From positions 269,160,956-269,188,252 of the forward strand of contig JANKJI020000002.1 of the NCBI GenBank assembly GCA_024626585.2: a DNA stretch of 27,297 bases, written 5' to 3'. The DNA is from Ginkgo biloba (taxonomy: Eukaryota; Plantae; Ginkgophyta). Position 1 is the first letter of the stretch; every line of letters begins with the position of its first letter. Shown here piece after piece: positions 1 through 11,965 of this stretch. The notes under the pieces are model-generated. The model had not been told where the DNA came from. It worked only from the letters and a program-made list of their open reading frames with translations, and did no database searches. Position numbers and translations under genes: made by a program.

Positions 1-187
1 CTTATAAAATGGGTCTTTAGCAATGGAATATTAATTATACTTCCCTCTCCCATGAATTTCTCTCTCTACATATGTAGGCCTATAGTCATAGATGTAGATA
101 TAGTGGATACCATACAATAGAAATAGAAATTTTAAAACTATACCAAATAAAGGTAAGTTAATCTTCTCACACAAGTCAGAGTGACTA

Positions 188-204
188 GGATCTGATACCA
201 ATTG
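188..204 (-). mobile_element. tRNA-Met primer-binding site and adjacent LTR end of a minus-strand LTR retrotransposon
   Basis: Plus 191-200 TCTGATACCA reads TGGTATCAGA on the minus strand, the canonical tRNA-iMet PBS. It is preceded on that strand by ...GCCA-AT (LTR-terminal CA plus 2-nt spacer). Confidence 0.55.
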
Positions 205-3049
205 GCATATCCTTGATAANNNNNNNNNNNNNNNNNNNNNNNNNNNNNNNNNNNNNNNNNAAACATCTCAACTAAAACTAAGGAATAGTTAACTCTTTCA
301 CTATTATAGTGATGAAGAGACCGAAATAATCATCTCCTTTGTTTAGGCCAAACCCAGATATTGCTATCTAGAAAAAGAATCCCTAATCCTACTCTTGATT
401 AAGCTCATAAGAACACCATTTAATAATGTGTATTCAAGTGATAGAACCATTTATGATAACACTTACAAGAGATGTCTACATAATATCATGTGCATATATG
501 ACCTAATTTCATTTAAGAAAAAGCATTTGTTGGTTAAGTTTAAATTCTTCTAGTAAATTAATAATCAACTTCCTTATAAGTTTAATATGATAAAACCTTA
601 AGAGGTATCTATCATAGGTGAAAACTAGCTCTTCATTTTATCTTTGATAATCTATAATGATGCCATTATGTAGTTCTAGATGAGAGGTGATGTAGCAAGA
701 ACATGTGGATAGTGAGCAGAGTTAAATGGATACTCATAGTTGGAATTTTTAATATAAGAGTTATTGTAGTAGTCATATTATGTAGGAGGCGACCATATCT
801 ATTATTTATAAGTCATGGAAATGATAGAATTAATGGGTATATTTATGATTTTCCATGGTCAATTTATTCTTCTTGGCACTACATTTGTTGTTGTATTACT
901 TCTTTGGCATGTTGTTGATGTATATATGAATCTTCATGATAATTAGTTGTATTAGATAGTAGTGTGACATGACATTCAATATGTCACTTCATCTCCATAG
1001 ACGATGGTGATCTTTCTAGGATTCTAATCCATGCAAATTGTTGTGGTGATGGAGTGCTACAATGTTATGATATTATTTGAAGCTAAAAATAGTTATAAGA
1101 TATAAATGAATTGAAATGATTGAATGTTTAAATTATATTTGCCAATGATATGATTATTGATTGAATTTATTCCTTCTATAATGATGTAATAAGTCCATTA
1201 GAGTTAGATAGGAATAATATAACCTAGAATCATTGATGGATAATGTACATAGGTGATTGTGTCAATTGACAAGATAAAAATTGTTGATGTGAAGAGGATG
1301 AAAGTTGTAGACATAGAAGTGATGTGTAGAGATAATGCATAGAAGAAAACACACCAAGGACTATTCATGGATGTGTAGGAGTATCCATGAAGAAATTTGT
1401 AGGAGTCATTAATCATAGTATTTTTTGCCTTACCATCTAATTCATGAAGATTTTACATCACTATCGTATATACTCACTCTCCCTATCATCATGCTAAATT
1501 AAATCATCGCATTAATTTAGAGAATATTTGATGTTGAATGGATGATTTGATGAAGAATTTTGATGCAATAATGGATGAAAGGAAATGTAAATGATGCTCA
1601 TGAAAACCATTTTATGTTATATGTTATGTACCCAGTACCTAGTTCTTATATTATTATTCTCCTACCTACATCTACCTACTCTAGCTACACCTATCTTCAC
1701 ACTTGACATACATGTACCTTCTTATCATACTTGGCATACATGTAAATATCNNNNNNNNNNNNNNNNNNNNNNNNNNNNNNNNNNNNNNNNNNNNNNNNNN
1801 NNNNNNNNNNNNNNNNNNNNNNNNNNNNNNNNNNNNNNNNNNNNNNNNNNTTAATTTGACTTAGTTTAGGAATCAAATTATGAGGAGGTTTGGATGTTAT
1901 GTTTCATTAGAATGGAAGGATGGGTGGAGGGTTTTTAGAGGCCAACTATTATAAATCCACCGAAGGATGGTTCCTTGGGTACATAATTAGTGAGTTTGGT
2001 ATAAGGATAAGATTGTAGTTTATAAAATGTCTAGTTTTGTTACATTAAAAATAGGTTATAAGGAATATTATTGTAGGTTAGTTTTTGTAGGCAAATGCTA
2101 GAGCCATCTAAAATAGATATTTTCTTAATAAGTTCATTTAATAGGTCAACCTTGAGATAAGCTCTCATATTTGACCTAGAACTAAATTGATGTTATTAAA
2201 GCATTAATTTTAAAATATTTTTAAGAAATAAAAGAATAATAATCAATTTATAATTAGAATTTTTTCTTGGATATATTGACATCTTTATCTAAATGGAGGG
2301 ATAATTTTGAATCCCATATTCTATGATCGAATGCTCTTTTTATGTTGTCATACAAGTTGAAGAAATGATTCATACTCAGTGGGAAAGTTAGAATTTTTAT
2401 AATTTCACTAACTACAGATCCTTGGATTAATTTATTTTAAATAAATTAGTAACTACTATGTTTGGAATTGTATGTATTCCTATCAACGTGAATTATGAAA
2501 ATTCAAGAATAAAAATTGGACACACAATTTCTTACACAGAGACAAGAGCAAAATATTTTAACTAAAGAAACTCTACTAGGGAATAAAACTCCAAAATTCA
2601 TTAAATAATGTCATAACAAGGATTACAATCACTGTTCCTATACTTCTATCCATCTAATGTAGCTTTGTATAGTATAAATAATCCCTATGATTGTGTGGAG
2701 ATTTTTTGTCTCCTAAAAAGACTCTTTCACACTCTTTATCTTGTATAACTCTCTATTTTTCTTGCCAATTGCAAAATGTTCTAGCTTCCTTCTCTAAGTT
2801 TCTCCTAACCCTCTCTCTCTTAAAATTTATTGTTCTCCCTTTTTGTTTGATTCTTGATGGCCTTCCAATTTCCTTCCATCCATTCAATTTTAAAATGCCA
2901 AAAATGAGTTGAATAGTTGGTAACTGAATTTAGTGGGCAGTTTCCATAATGTGGTGGTGATAAGGACACCATGTTTGTCGTCTTTTATTTTTTCATTTTT
3001 GAAAAAAAAAAAAATTCTCTAATTTCTATTTTTACTCTTCAATTCATAA

Positions 3050-3410
3050 TATGTGATTGGTGTGTAAAAATATGCGATCGGAGAAAATGGTCGGTTTGTA
3101 AAAATACACTCTCGTTGCATCATGATGAAAGATGCAATCGGTGTGTAAAAATATGCGATCAAAACATACAATCGATTTATAAAAATACACTATGGTTGCA
3201 TTGTGACGAAAATATATGATTGATGTTTAAAAATGTGTGATCAAAGAAGACGATCAATTTGTAAAAATACACTCAGATTACATAAGATGCAATTGTTTGT
3301 AAAATAAGACGATTAGAACATGCAATCGGTTTGTAGAAATACACTCCGATTGCATAAGGTGCAATCGGTTTGTAAAAATAGATGATTAAAACATGCAACC
3401 AGTTTGTAAT
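3050..3410. repeat. Degenerate tandem repeat, ~70-82 bp period, ~4.5 copies, with internal ~35-45 bp subrepeat
   Basis: GTGTGTAAAAATATGCGATC at 3060 and 3141, with a variant at ~3222. AAAAATACACT-like motif at ~3100, 3181, 3263 and ~3336. The core (A)TCGGTTTGTA(A/G)AAATA recurs throughout. Confidence 0.8.
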
Positions 3411-3808
3411 TAGCTCATAATGACAAAAAACCACTAATTTTACTATAACTTTTTAACTGTAGCTCCTTTTTTTGCGCTCCTAGTCTTGTTTCGAAGCCGA
3501 CTTAGAAGGCTACAACTTGTCTTCTTTGACCAACAACTGAGTGTACGGATTTTTCCCATATTTGACTGAAAGTTGATTGTCTTGAAAATGATAGAAAATA
3601 AGTTCAGATCCGAAAACAGATCAACCTGGCACTTGACTTTTTGCTTTGGTAATATCAGCCAAAAATCAAAGCACAATTTGTGATCAATAAAGCAAAGCTA
3701 TGGCACTAGCCAGGCAAACAAAAATCATTCCCCAAGCCCTACATAAAAGGTACATAGTCCCACAAAACAATGGACAACGCAACTTCAGGGAAGAGAACAC
3801 AAACGTTC

Positions 3809-4026
3809 CATAATGAGCAAGAAAGGGACAAAATGAGACAAAATAATCTTTGTTACAATTGCAATGAAACCTAGACAAAAGGACCACATTAGGATCTATA
3901 GAAATGTCAAAAGAAATTCTATCCTATCGAAGCCATAGATGACAAACAAGAGGCTCAAGAAGAACCTGAAGTATTGATCCGTATCTCAGTGGGTGAGTCA
4001 AAATCTCCCAATGTCATTAACTACGG
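3809..4026 (+). mobile_element. Ty3/gypsy gag zinc-knuckle relic
   Basis: Frame from 3809 reads HNEQERDKMRQNNLCYNCNET*TKGPH*DL*KCQKK...EEPEV, resembling the gypsy ERRxKGLCFNCxExWxxGHxC knuckle. There are stops at a conserved Trp and elsewhere, and the relic is cut by the 100-N gap at 4027. Confidence 0.65.
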
Positions 4027-4989
4027 NNNNNNNNNNNNNNNNNNNNNNNNNNNNNNNNNNNNNNNNNNNNNNNNNNNNNNNNNNNNNNNNNNNNNNNNNN
4101 NNNNNNNNNNNNNNNNNNNNNNNNNNACACATTTTTCATCCTCTTATACTATTGATGGCCTTGAATTACAACTTTTAAACATATATACAAATTAAAATAT
4201 TATGTCTATTGAGATCACATTATAATAAATGTGGCCTAAGCTTATCATTAATAAACATATGCACATATAGAAAAGTAAGGCTAGATAATCATCTTATTAA
4301 TAATCATCTAAGTAGCCCACTATCCCTAAGATTATAGGTGGTGCCTCCTCTTGAATTGGAGTGATAGAGATGAAGGTGATTGTAATTATAATACTATCTC
4401 AAGACACATAATTGTACAATACATCTAGATTAAAAATGTCTTCCTTAGAATGAACACTCCTTACCTTTAAAGCAATCGCTTGGTTGAGAAACCAAATTAG
4501 AAAAGATTCATCATGATTTAGTATAATCTTTAAATCTTCAATTTAGTTTTATGGTAAGTAGCAATATTAGTTAGCTTATGTAGTGCATAGTGTATTCCCA
4601 TATTGGTTTGAATTGATACCTATAATAAACAATCAATAAACATCTAGCCTTGCAATTTTGTTAAGATTTATGTATCTCCAAATTTCTATTACAAGAAATA
4701 GATTTTTAAATTAGACACTAATTGGTTTGGATTTCTATTCATGGATGAGCTCATCAATTATGGCTTAGCCACATACAACATGAATCGTAAATTAAGGTGT
4801 GGACATGCTCAACATCAATAGTATATTGGAGATGATATAGCTTTCGACTTCATAAATTTCAAGTAATCCCAAACTCATCTCAAATAGATTTGCATATGCC
4901 CCATCCCTTTTAGTAATTATTTCAAGCGCTCTTATTTTATTTAGTCCTATAACCCTTAAAGGCTTGAGAAATTACTAAAATATAATTGA

Positions 4990-5490
4990 AAAACAGGCAC
5001 ACATAACCTAGTTTAGTGGATAGTGCATATTATAAGATAATCACAATTAATAGATATTACCATTCGAACTATCATGTTACCTTTGCATGTGTTGCTAAGG
5101 ATATTCTTAGGCATGGACCCCTCCATAAACACCTTCCAAGCTAGTATACATGGGTAACACATTGGAACCTTTTGTTAATTGTTTTTAATTTTTTGTTGGT
5201 CTACTCCCTTTCAATGAGGGTCCTCCTTCCTTATAAACAAATCTATGAAAGTCAAGTTGTTGAGATGATAATGCTAATTTGACCACGAAAATATATGACA
5301 CATTGCATACAAGAAAAAAAAACACATCATCATTGTTTTAGAGGATGTATGGAGATGAACTACTATCAAGGAAGTAGATNNNNNNNNNNNNNNNNNNCCT
5401 TCAAGGATATGGGAATAACATGCAATTCTTTGTAAGTCACTCATATTAGATACATGGTGGTTGATCATATATTAGCCCTAAATAAGGGGA
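4990..5490 (+). mobile_element. Possible very degenerate Ty1/copia reverse-transcriptase relic
   Basis: Collinear scraps NYHVTFACVAK (cf. DYxETFAPVAK, ~5067), KQIYESQ (cf. EEIYMxQ) and KDMG (cf. MKDLG, ~5403). Many frameshifts. Confidence 0.3.
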
Positions 5491-6270
5491 TTCATAATGG
5501 GATAAACCAAGATATAAATAATATCTCTCTAAGGGTCTTAAGGGGACAATCCTCCCTTATTAACATTACATGCAAAACATTATAAGAGAGACATTAGGCA
5601 ATAAAAAGCACAAATGTTTTTGGAATGAGGACATTATCTCAACTCACAAGACATAGCAAGAGTAGTTATTAATGATCCATAGAGATACTGGCTTATATTA
5701 TTCACCCTAATGAATGATTCTACACATTAAGAATATTTAATTGCAAATTGTGATTGAATTTTGAGTTGTTTTCTTACCATGCAAGCACTTATAAGATTTA
5801 TATCACAAAGAATTTTTGTGAAGGATGAAGAAAGGAGATTGGTTGAATGCAAATTGTCCTTGTGACAAAAATATAAGACAAGATGACGGAAGTAAAGATG
5901 CTCCTTCATGTGCACATTCTTAAGAACTTGACGCCTCAAAAGATAGGCAATAATTTGCACAAACTGTTAGCTCCTTCTATACATTGAATTTTGACTTGTA
6001 TTAGACGTAATGTGTCATCATACTTTAGAAAATTACGTTGCTTCATAATCTTACTATGGGTTGTAAAAAGAGTTAAAAAAACCCACCAACCATAATAGGT
6101 CACATTGACATATTTCACTTGCTCATGATCAATGAGATATTAATGTTTTCCAAGTGGAAGTTGTAATGTTTCTACAAACCATACATATTTTAATGCTCTT
6201 TTTGTATCCATCATATTCCTTCTTTCTCAAGTAAAGTTTTTTGGAGTTTTCTTTACAATCCTTTAATATT

Positions 6271-6288
6271 CAACAATGCTCCCTTAAC
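6271..6288 (-). mobile_element. Putative polypurine tract / LTR start junction
   Basis: Minus strand reads ...TTAAGGGAGCAT-TGTTG..., a purine-rich tract followed by a TGTTG LTR-like start. Confidence 0.3.
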
Positions 6289-7066
6289 TAGCTAATATGG
6301 TAGAGAGTACTCCCAAAGGGGAAGTTTAAGACATTTATAAAGGCTAGCTTACTTTGGACTTTGTGGTAGGATGAAGGACATTAATACCTTCTTAGTGATC
6401 CCTATTAATTCTCTTTTAAGAGTGTTTCTATTACCTTCCCATGTTTCATTTACCTTTTTTTTCTTATCTAACTAGCTTGCATGCAAACTTAATTACTAGT
6501 NNNNNNNNNNNNNNNNNNNNNNNNNNNNNNNNNNNNNNNNNNNNNNNNNNNNNNNNNNNNNNNNNNNNNNNNNNNNNNNNNNNNNNNNNNNNNNNNNNNN
6601 NNNNNNNNNNNNNNNNNNNNNNNNNNNNNNNNNNNNNNNNNNNNNNNNNNNNNNNNNNNNNNNNNNNNNNNNNNNNNNNNNNNNNNNNNNNNNNNNNNNN
6701 NNNNNNNNNNNNNNNNNNNNNNNNNNNNNNNNNNNNNNNNNNNNNNNNNNNNNNNNNNNNNNNNNNNNNNNNNNNNNNNNNNNNNNNNNNNNNNNNNNNN
6801 NNNNNNNNNNNNNNNNNNNNNNNNNNNNNNNNNNNNNNNNNNNNNNNNNNNNNNNNNNNNNNNNNNNNNNNNNNNNNNNNNNNNNNNNNNNNNNNNNNNN
6901 NNNNNNNNNNNNNNNNNNNNNNNNNNNNNTGGTAATGATAAACCTCAACTAAAAGATTTTGAAACCATCTCTTTTTAAAAAAAGTGGTGGTAAAATACAA
7001 ACTGGCCCTTAGATTGTGAAAGTTGGTTTTGGTTGTTGTGTTGTAATTGGTTAGGTGGTGAAGAAT

Positions 7067-8218
7067 ATGATGATGAAGAATTGGGGAAGAAGACAAATGG
7101 AAGAGCATCATCATATACTTAACATCTCAATGACACAGGAAGNNNNNNNNNNNNNNNNNNNNNNNNNNNNNGAGGGGGAGAAAGCCTGCTTCCTTGTCAA
7201 CTGGTCAGTTACTGGTAAAAGAGGCAGGAAGCATTCCACATGCTCTGACAAAGCATTGGCCAAGCCTTGCGAAGCAAACCCAAATGTCAATGCACCTGAA
7301 GAACTTGCAGAAGATAGAGACATGGCTTACTTTTTGATGATGCTTGCATGCAGTGGCAATGCCAATGGATCTGTTGAGGATGGAACCTTGGACCGAGAGA
7401 TGACCGAGGAGTCAGTCTATCAGTCCAAAACTCGGGTGCTTCTAGTACCCAAGTGTGAATCCGAGGGAAGTATTGAGGATTTAGATGGCCATGATGATCC
7501 ATCAACAAGGACCATAAACAAGAAGATGAAGAATAACAGAATGAGCAGGGTTAGGCCTAAGCCCAAGCCTAGAACTAGGACTAGGCCTGTTGGGGATGAT
7601 GAATCCAGAAGTTTCTTGGAGGATTTTGATGCGGGTCTTGGAGAAACAAGTGGAAAATACAAGTGTAACAAATGCAGCAAGGTGTTTAGTTCTCATCAGG
7701 CTCTGGGAGGCCACAGAGCTAGCCACAGGAAGGTGAAGCGCTGCTTTGCATCCACTAAGACTAAAAACATTGATGAACAAGTCCAAGCCCTGCAAACAGA
7801 AGAAGAAGAAGAGGAGGATATCACTGAGGAAGGTACTTTGAGAATACAGCGTTCTTGTTCAGTTTCAAGAGATGAGGTAAATAATTTGATTCGAGAAGGG
7901 AGTGTGGAGACAGTGTGCCTGAAGGCCAAGGGTCATCAATGCTCTATTTGTCATAAGGTTTTTCAGTCTGGACAAGCTCTGGGTGGGCATAAGAGATGTC
8001 ACTGGATTGGTGACAGAGTACCCACAGCACCCATGGAGACCAGCTTGATCTCCATAGATAAGCAAGATCAGAGTTTTCAAGTCAGAAATGGGCTTGTGGG
8101 GTTGCCTGACCTTAACCACCCACCACCAGTTGAAGAGGAGGATTTGGAAGTTGCTTACAGCATGACAGATATCGTTCCTGCCTTTGCAGGTAGTGTTGAC
8201 CAGAGGTTGAAGGTGTAG
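7067..8218 (+). CDS. Plant C2H2 (QALGGH) zinc-finger transcriptional repressor, ZAT/EPF C1 family, ZAT2/ZAT3(DAZ1/2)-like or ZAT1/4/9-like; N-terminus uncertain
   Basis: Open frame to TAG at 8218. Finger YKCNKCSKVFSSHQALGGHRASH at 7658-7726 is followed by RKVKRCFA. Finger HQCSICHKVFQSGQALGGHKRCHW at 7934-8005. Basic WSVTGKRGRK motif, L-box EDRDMAYFLMMLA, and EAR-like LPDLNHPP at 8102-8125. In-frame ATGs at 7067 and 7097 lie before a 29-N gap (7143-7171), so the start is provisional. Confidence 0.92.
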   Translation: MMMKNWGRRQMEEHHHILNISMTQEXXXXXXXXXXEGEKACFLVNWSVTGKRGRKHSTCSDKALAKPCEANPNVNAPEELAEDRDMAYFLMMLACSGNANGSVEDGTLDREMTEESVYQSKTRVLLVPKCESEGSIEDLDGHDDPSTRTINKKMKNNRMSRVRPKPKPRTRTRPVGDDESRSFLEDFDAGLGETSGKYKCNKCSKVFSSHQALGGHRASHRKVKRCFASTKTKNIDEQVQALQTEEEEEEDITEEGTLRIQRSCSVSRDEVNNLIREGSVETVCLKAKGHQCSICHKVFQSGQALGGHKRCHWIGDRVPTAPMETSLISIDKQDQSFQVRNGLVGLPDLNHPPPVEEEDLEVAYSMTDIVPAFAGSVDQRLKV

Positions 8219-11044
8219 GAATCCTGTAGATAAAATACCCACATTCATTCTGTTGCTGGCTCCAATGCAAGGTAGAGGTTTGTAAAAATGCCCATATGCA
8301 ATGGAACTGTGATGGTAAATCAGGCGGTGGGTATGGAAGCCGAATTGGTCAATACTATTGGGTTGGGGAAGACTAAGCAACTCAGTTTGCATATAATACC
8401 AGTGTTAAATCAATAGAAAAACACTGTTGGGCTCAGGGATGATAAGGAGGAGCCTGGATATTAAGGTATGTACAGCGTAGCCAGCATCTGGGACTACTTT
8501 TTTACATCAATGGCCTGTCTCTGAATGCAACAGAAGGAGCATCATCTTTCGCCTCCGTTGCACCTCTGAATGTCTTTGGCATCCTCAAGGATGAATGGTG
8601 GAGGCATTCAATATATACATATTTGCCTCTGTAAAAATACTTGCACTATTTTCTGTCTGATAATATTGAATTCAAGATTTGAAATGAAGATCTGATTTCA
8701 ATTAAACCAATTACTGATCTGTTTCTTCATCGGTGGGCAGTTACCTTATAACCAAGATTATTACACATTTAAGGCTTTCTAAGAGAAATGCAAGATAGTG
8801 ATTTTTCCTTTTTTCAAGCCAACCATTTTGGCACAGAGTTTGTCTATTGATCTTCAGTCCTAAACAATTTGATGATGGTTTTATTTCTTCTTTTGCCTTT
8901 ACTACCTCGATGTAAAATACCATTTATTTGAGTAATTAGCGATCTAGCTGCAGGAAAGATCTTAGTTATGATTAAGATTTCAGATAACTTTTTTCTTCAG
9001 GAGTTGCTGCAAAGAGGAGCAGCACGGATCAGTATTCCTTCTACATGAACTCAGTGCATAAGTTCGCTTAGTAGTTGCTTTGTACTTTGATTTTTTTCGG
9101 GGGAGTGGTTCCCAAGTATTGATGTATATTGTATCAGTTGCTTTGATTTAACATCCTCCCAGACCNNNNNNNNNNNNNNNNNNNNNNNNNNNNNNNNNNN
9201 NNNNNNNNNNNNNNNNNNNNNNNNNNNNNNNNNNNNNNNNNNNNNNNNNNNNNNNNNNNNNNNNNNNNNNNNNNNNNNNNNNNNNNNNNNNNNNNNNNNN
9301 NNNNNNNNNNNNNNNNNNNNNNNNNNNNNNNNNNNNNNNNNNNNNNNNNNNNNNNNNNNNNNNNNNNNNNNNNNNNNNNTGTAGCCAGTGGTAGTTTTGC
9401 TAGAGTATTTCGTTAGGTGCACTATACTGTTCCACAGTGCATTACTCACCTTTCCAACAACTTTTGTTGCCACTTGTTTATTGCTTTCATATTTGAGTGG
9501 TAAACATTTGCTGCCCTTGGAAGCAAGTTTATGCATGTCCTGTCATTTAGATGATTCTACATTCTGTTTTCTTTTCTACTGAGTATCCATTCACACATAT
9601 GTTGACATTCATGTTGATATATGTATCAGTACTTTTCACTGTAGGTATGCAGTGTATTTTTGAAGACTGTTTGGAAGTAGTTTCAGTTTTTCAGATGGTT
9701 ACTTTTTTAACTTTTTTTAACTATGGCAGAACATTTGCTTGACTAAATGAAACTCATTATTATTAATTAAATGTGGTTATTATTATAACTAGATATCTTA
9801 ACCAATTTGATTCCTTGTTTAATTGTTAATTATCAAAATTCAATCCATTTGTATAGCCTTATTAGTCATTTGGTCACAATTCATTTGTATATTCTATTCG
9901 GTTGTCCTTCACCACATGGACCTGAGTCCCATGTTGAGGCAACCTTATGCTAATAACTTTTCTTTACAAAGTTACAGTAGGCCTTTCATTAACTGAGTTC
10001 TATGTGATACTCAATTATTGACTGTAGGTCAGATCTGAACTGTTTAAGCCTTATTGTCAATAATGAAATTAAAAAGTAATAACTCGTACAATTATTGCCT
10101 TGAATTTGGGACATAATTTTGAGTGAAAACGACCTTAAAGAACAATGACTTCCTAGTAATAGATAGAAACTAATTAGTTCATATTATCAAAAAATATAAT
10201 GAATGATACACTATTGAGAGGGAAAAGAATGTAATTGTTCTCATTCCAATGCTTGTCAATACTGTAAAATCCTTCATAATGGAGGCTCAGCAGATATTAC
10301 TAACTCTTTTCAAATCCCTTGAAAATCTCAATCATGGTTGACTGCATTAAAAAAAAATGACAGATAAATGCTATGAATAAACAAAACATATCCATCAGGC
10401 CTAGTGTGAGTGTGCGCAGTATTACTAATTCAAGTTGCTGTTATTAACTTAAACTGCAACAAGACTTGCATCATTATATTTAAATTTCACCAGAGGGAGA
10501 AAACTGATTTGGAACTGTATCATATATTGATGATACTCAANNNNNNNNNNNNNNNNNNNNNNNNNNNNNNNNNNNNNNNNNNNNNNNNNNNNNNNNNNNN
10601 NNNNNNNNNNNNNNNNNNNNNNNNNNNNNNNNNNNNNNNNNNNNNNNNNNNNNNNNNNNNNNNNNNNNNNNNNNNNNNNNNNNNNNNNNNNNNNNNNNNN
10701 NNNNNNNNNNNNNNNNNNNNNNNNNNNNNNNNNNNNNNNNNNNNNNNNNNNNNNNNNNNNNNNNNNNNNNNNNNNTACTAGTAATTGACATCACTTTAGA
10801 ATACTTGTTTTCTTATTAGGACAATGGGTTTTGGGGATTTATGGAGTAGACTCTGAACACTTGCTCCAATATCTCTTAGTGTATACCAGCACATCGACAA
10901 TTTTTTTAGTCTGGAAAGCATCACCTTATGTAAGCAGATATTTTTCAGAACATAAAGTTTGTTCCAAAAATGAAATAAAGCTATTAGGCAATATTCCACA
11001 AAGGTGTCTACCCATCAAAAATAGGAAAAGAACAATACCCTGCA

Positions 11045-11570
11045 TACGTTGGAGGTCATGCAATAACTGTGAACCAGAAGCCTTTAAAGTGACTTTTGAA
11101 GTCACAACCAAGCAGCAACTAGGTACAAAGATCAGATACACCCAGCCTACACCTATGATTGGTAGTTGAGGGCATAGAGCTCTTACTATCAGCATAGTAC
11201 AATGAACATGATAGTTTCAGAAAAAGGGATGGTATTTTAACATAGGATATGACAATGACAACAAAAGATAATGACAAGTTGGTCAGAAACAGTGGGTCCT
11301 TTGTGGGTTAATTCCAGCTGCAAAAGAGTCAGATGCAACAATATTTATGATCATCATGCCATGAAGGTGGAGGGCTCTCTGGGCAGCTGCTGGCCACATT
11401 AAAAATTGGGTCACCTAATAAGTTGAGGCAGGTGAATCTAACGCCAGTTGGACATTTGCAACTGCAACCCAAGATGAGATGAGGCTTCTGACATTGGCAG
11501 AAAGGAGAAAACAGAGGGGACCGTCATGGCGTTTAAAACAGTGCAAGGACAGATATGTACACACACCCTT
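11045..11570 (+). pseudogene. Decayed relic A of the PnsB1/NDF1 3' coding region
   Basis: Collinear frameshifted scraps: KPLK/KVT (cf. PPLKVS), ATRYKD (cf. AAKY), LVVEGIE at 11159 (cf. IVIHGIE), PLWV+IPAAKES at 11298-11331 (cf. PVFVIPHEKER), DATIFMIIMP (cf. DTSIVFITTP), GQLLA at 11381 (cf. GQLAA), VMAFKT (cf. IIASKT). By-eye alignment only. Confidence 0.5.
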
Positions 11571-11965
11571 TAACAGAAGGGCAATGGAAGGCATGAATGC
11601 AGAAAGAGGGTATTCATGTATGATGTATGCATATGCGTACACACACTTCATAGTTTAATAAAAGTATTNNNNNNNNNNNNNNNNNNNNNNNNNNNNNNNN
11701 NNNNNNNNNNNNNNNNNNNNNNNNNNNNNNNNNNNNNNNNNNNNNNNNNNNNNNNNNNNNNNNNNNNNNNNNNNNNNNNNNNNNNNNNAATGCACGTGTA
11801 TATTGTCAATTTTTTTAAACTTAAAAAAAAACAACATAATTTTAGTTATATTACCTCGTTAAGCTACAGTGTTCATTGGCTAATTTGGGTTTTTTGATAT
11901 TTGGAAATTCAACAATGTTGTGAAAGTAGTTGCTCCTCTGCACTTGGGTTAACTTTGGGGAATGT

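Noticed and set aside
3050-3410. CRISPR-like repeat/spacer appearance
   Set aside because: Plant nuclear context, the repeats are degenerate, the intervening segments are related to each other, and there are no cas genes.
6441-7114. Long ORFs dominated by X (also 15055-15993, 9051-9536, 25903-26301 and others)
   Set aside because: Artefacts of translating through N-runs.
7111-8392. Several overlapping minus-strand ORFs (70-175 aa)
   Set aside because: Antisense shadows of the zinc-finger CDS with no recognisable motifs.
8500-8620. Possible third PnsB1 scrap (SVAPLNV...LKD...VEA)
   Set aside because: Too short and needs arbitrary frameshifts; within chance level for by-eye matching.
11415-11651. 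Minus-strand ORF with PSIALLLKG...NVRS faintly like PnsB1 exon 1
   Set aside because: No convincing nucleotide similarity to 12450-12650. The plus-strand 3'-exon reading explains the region better.
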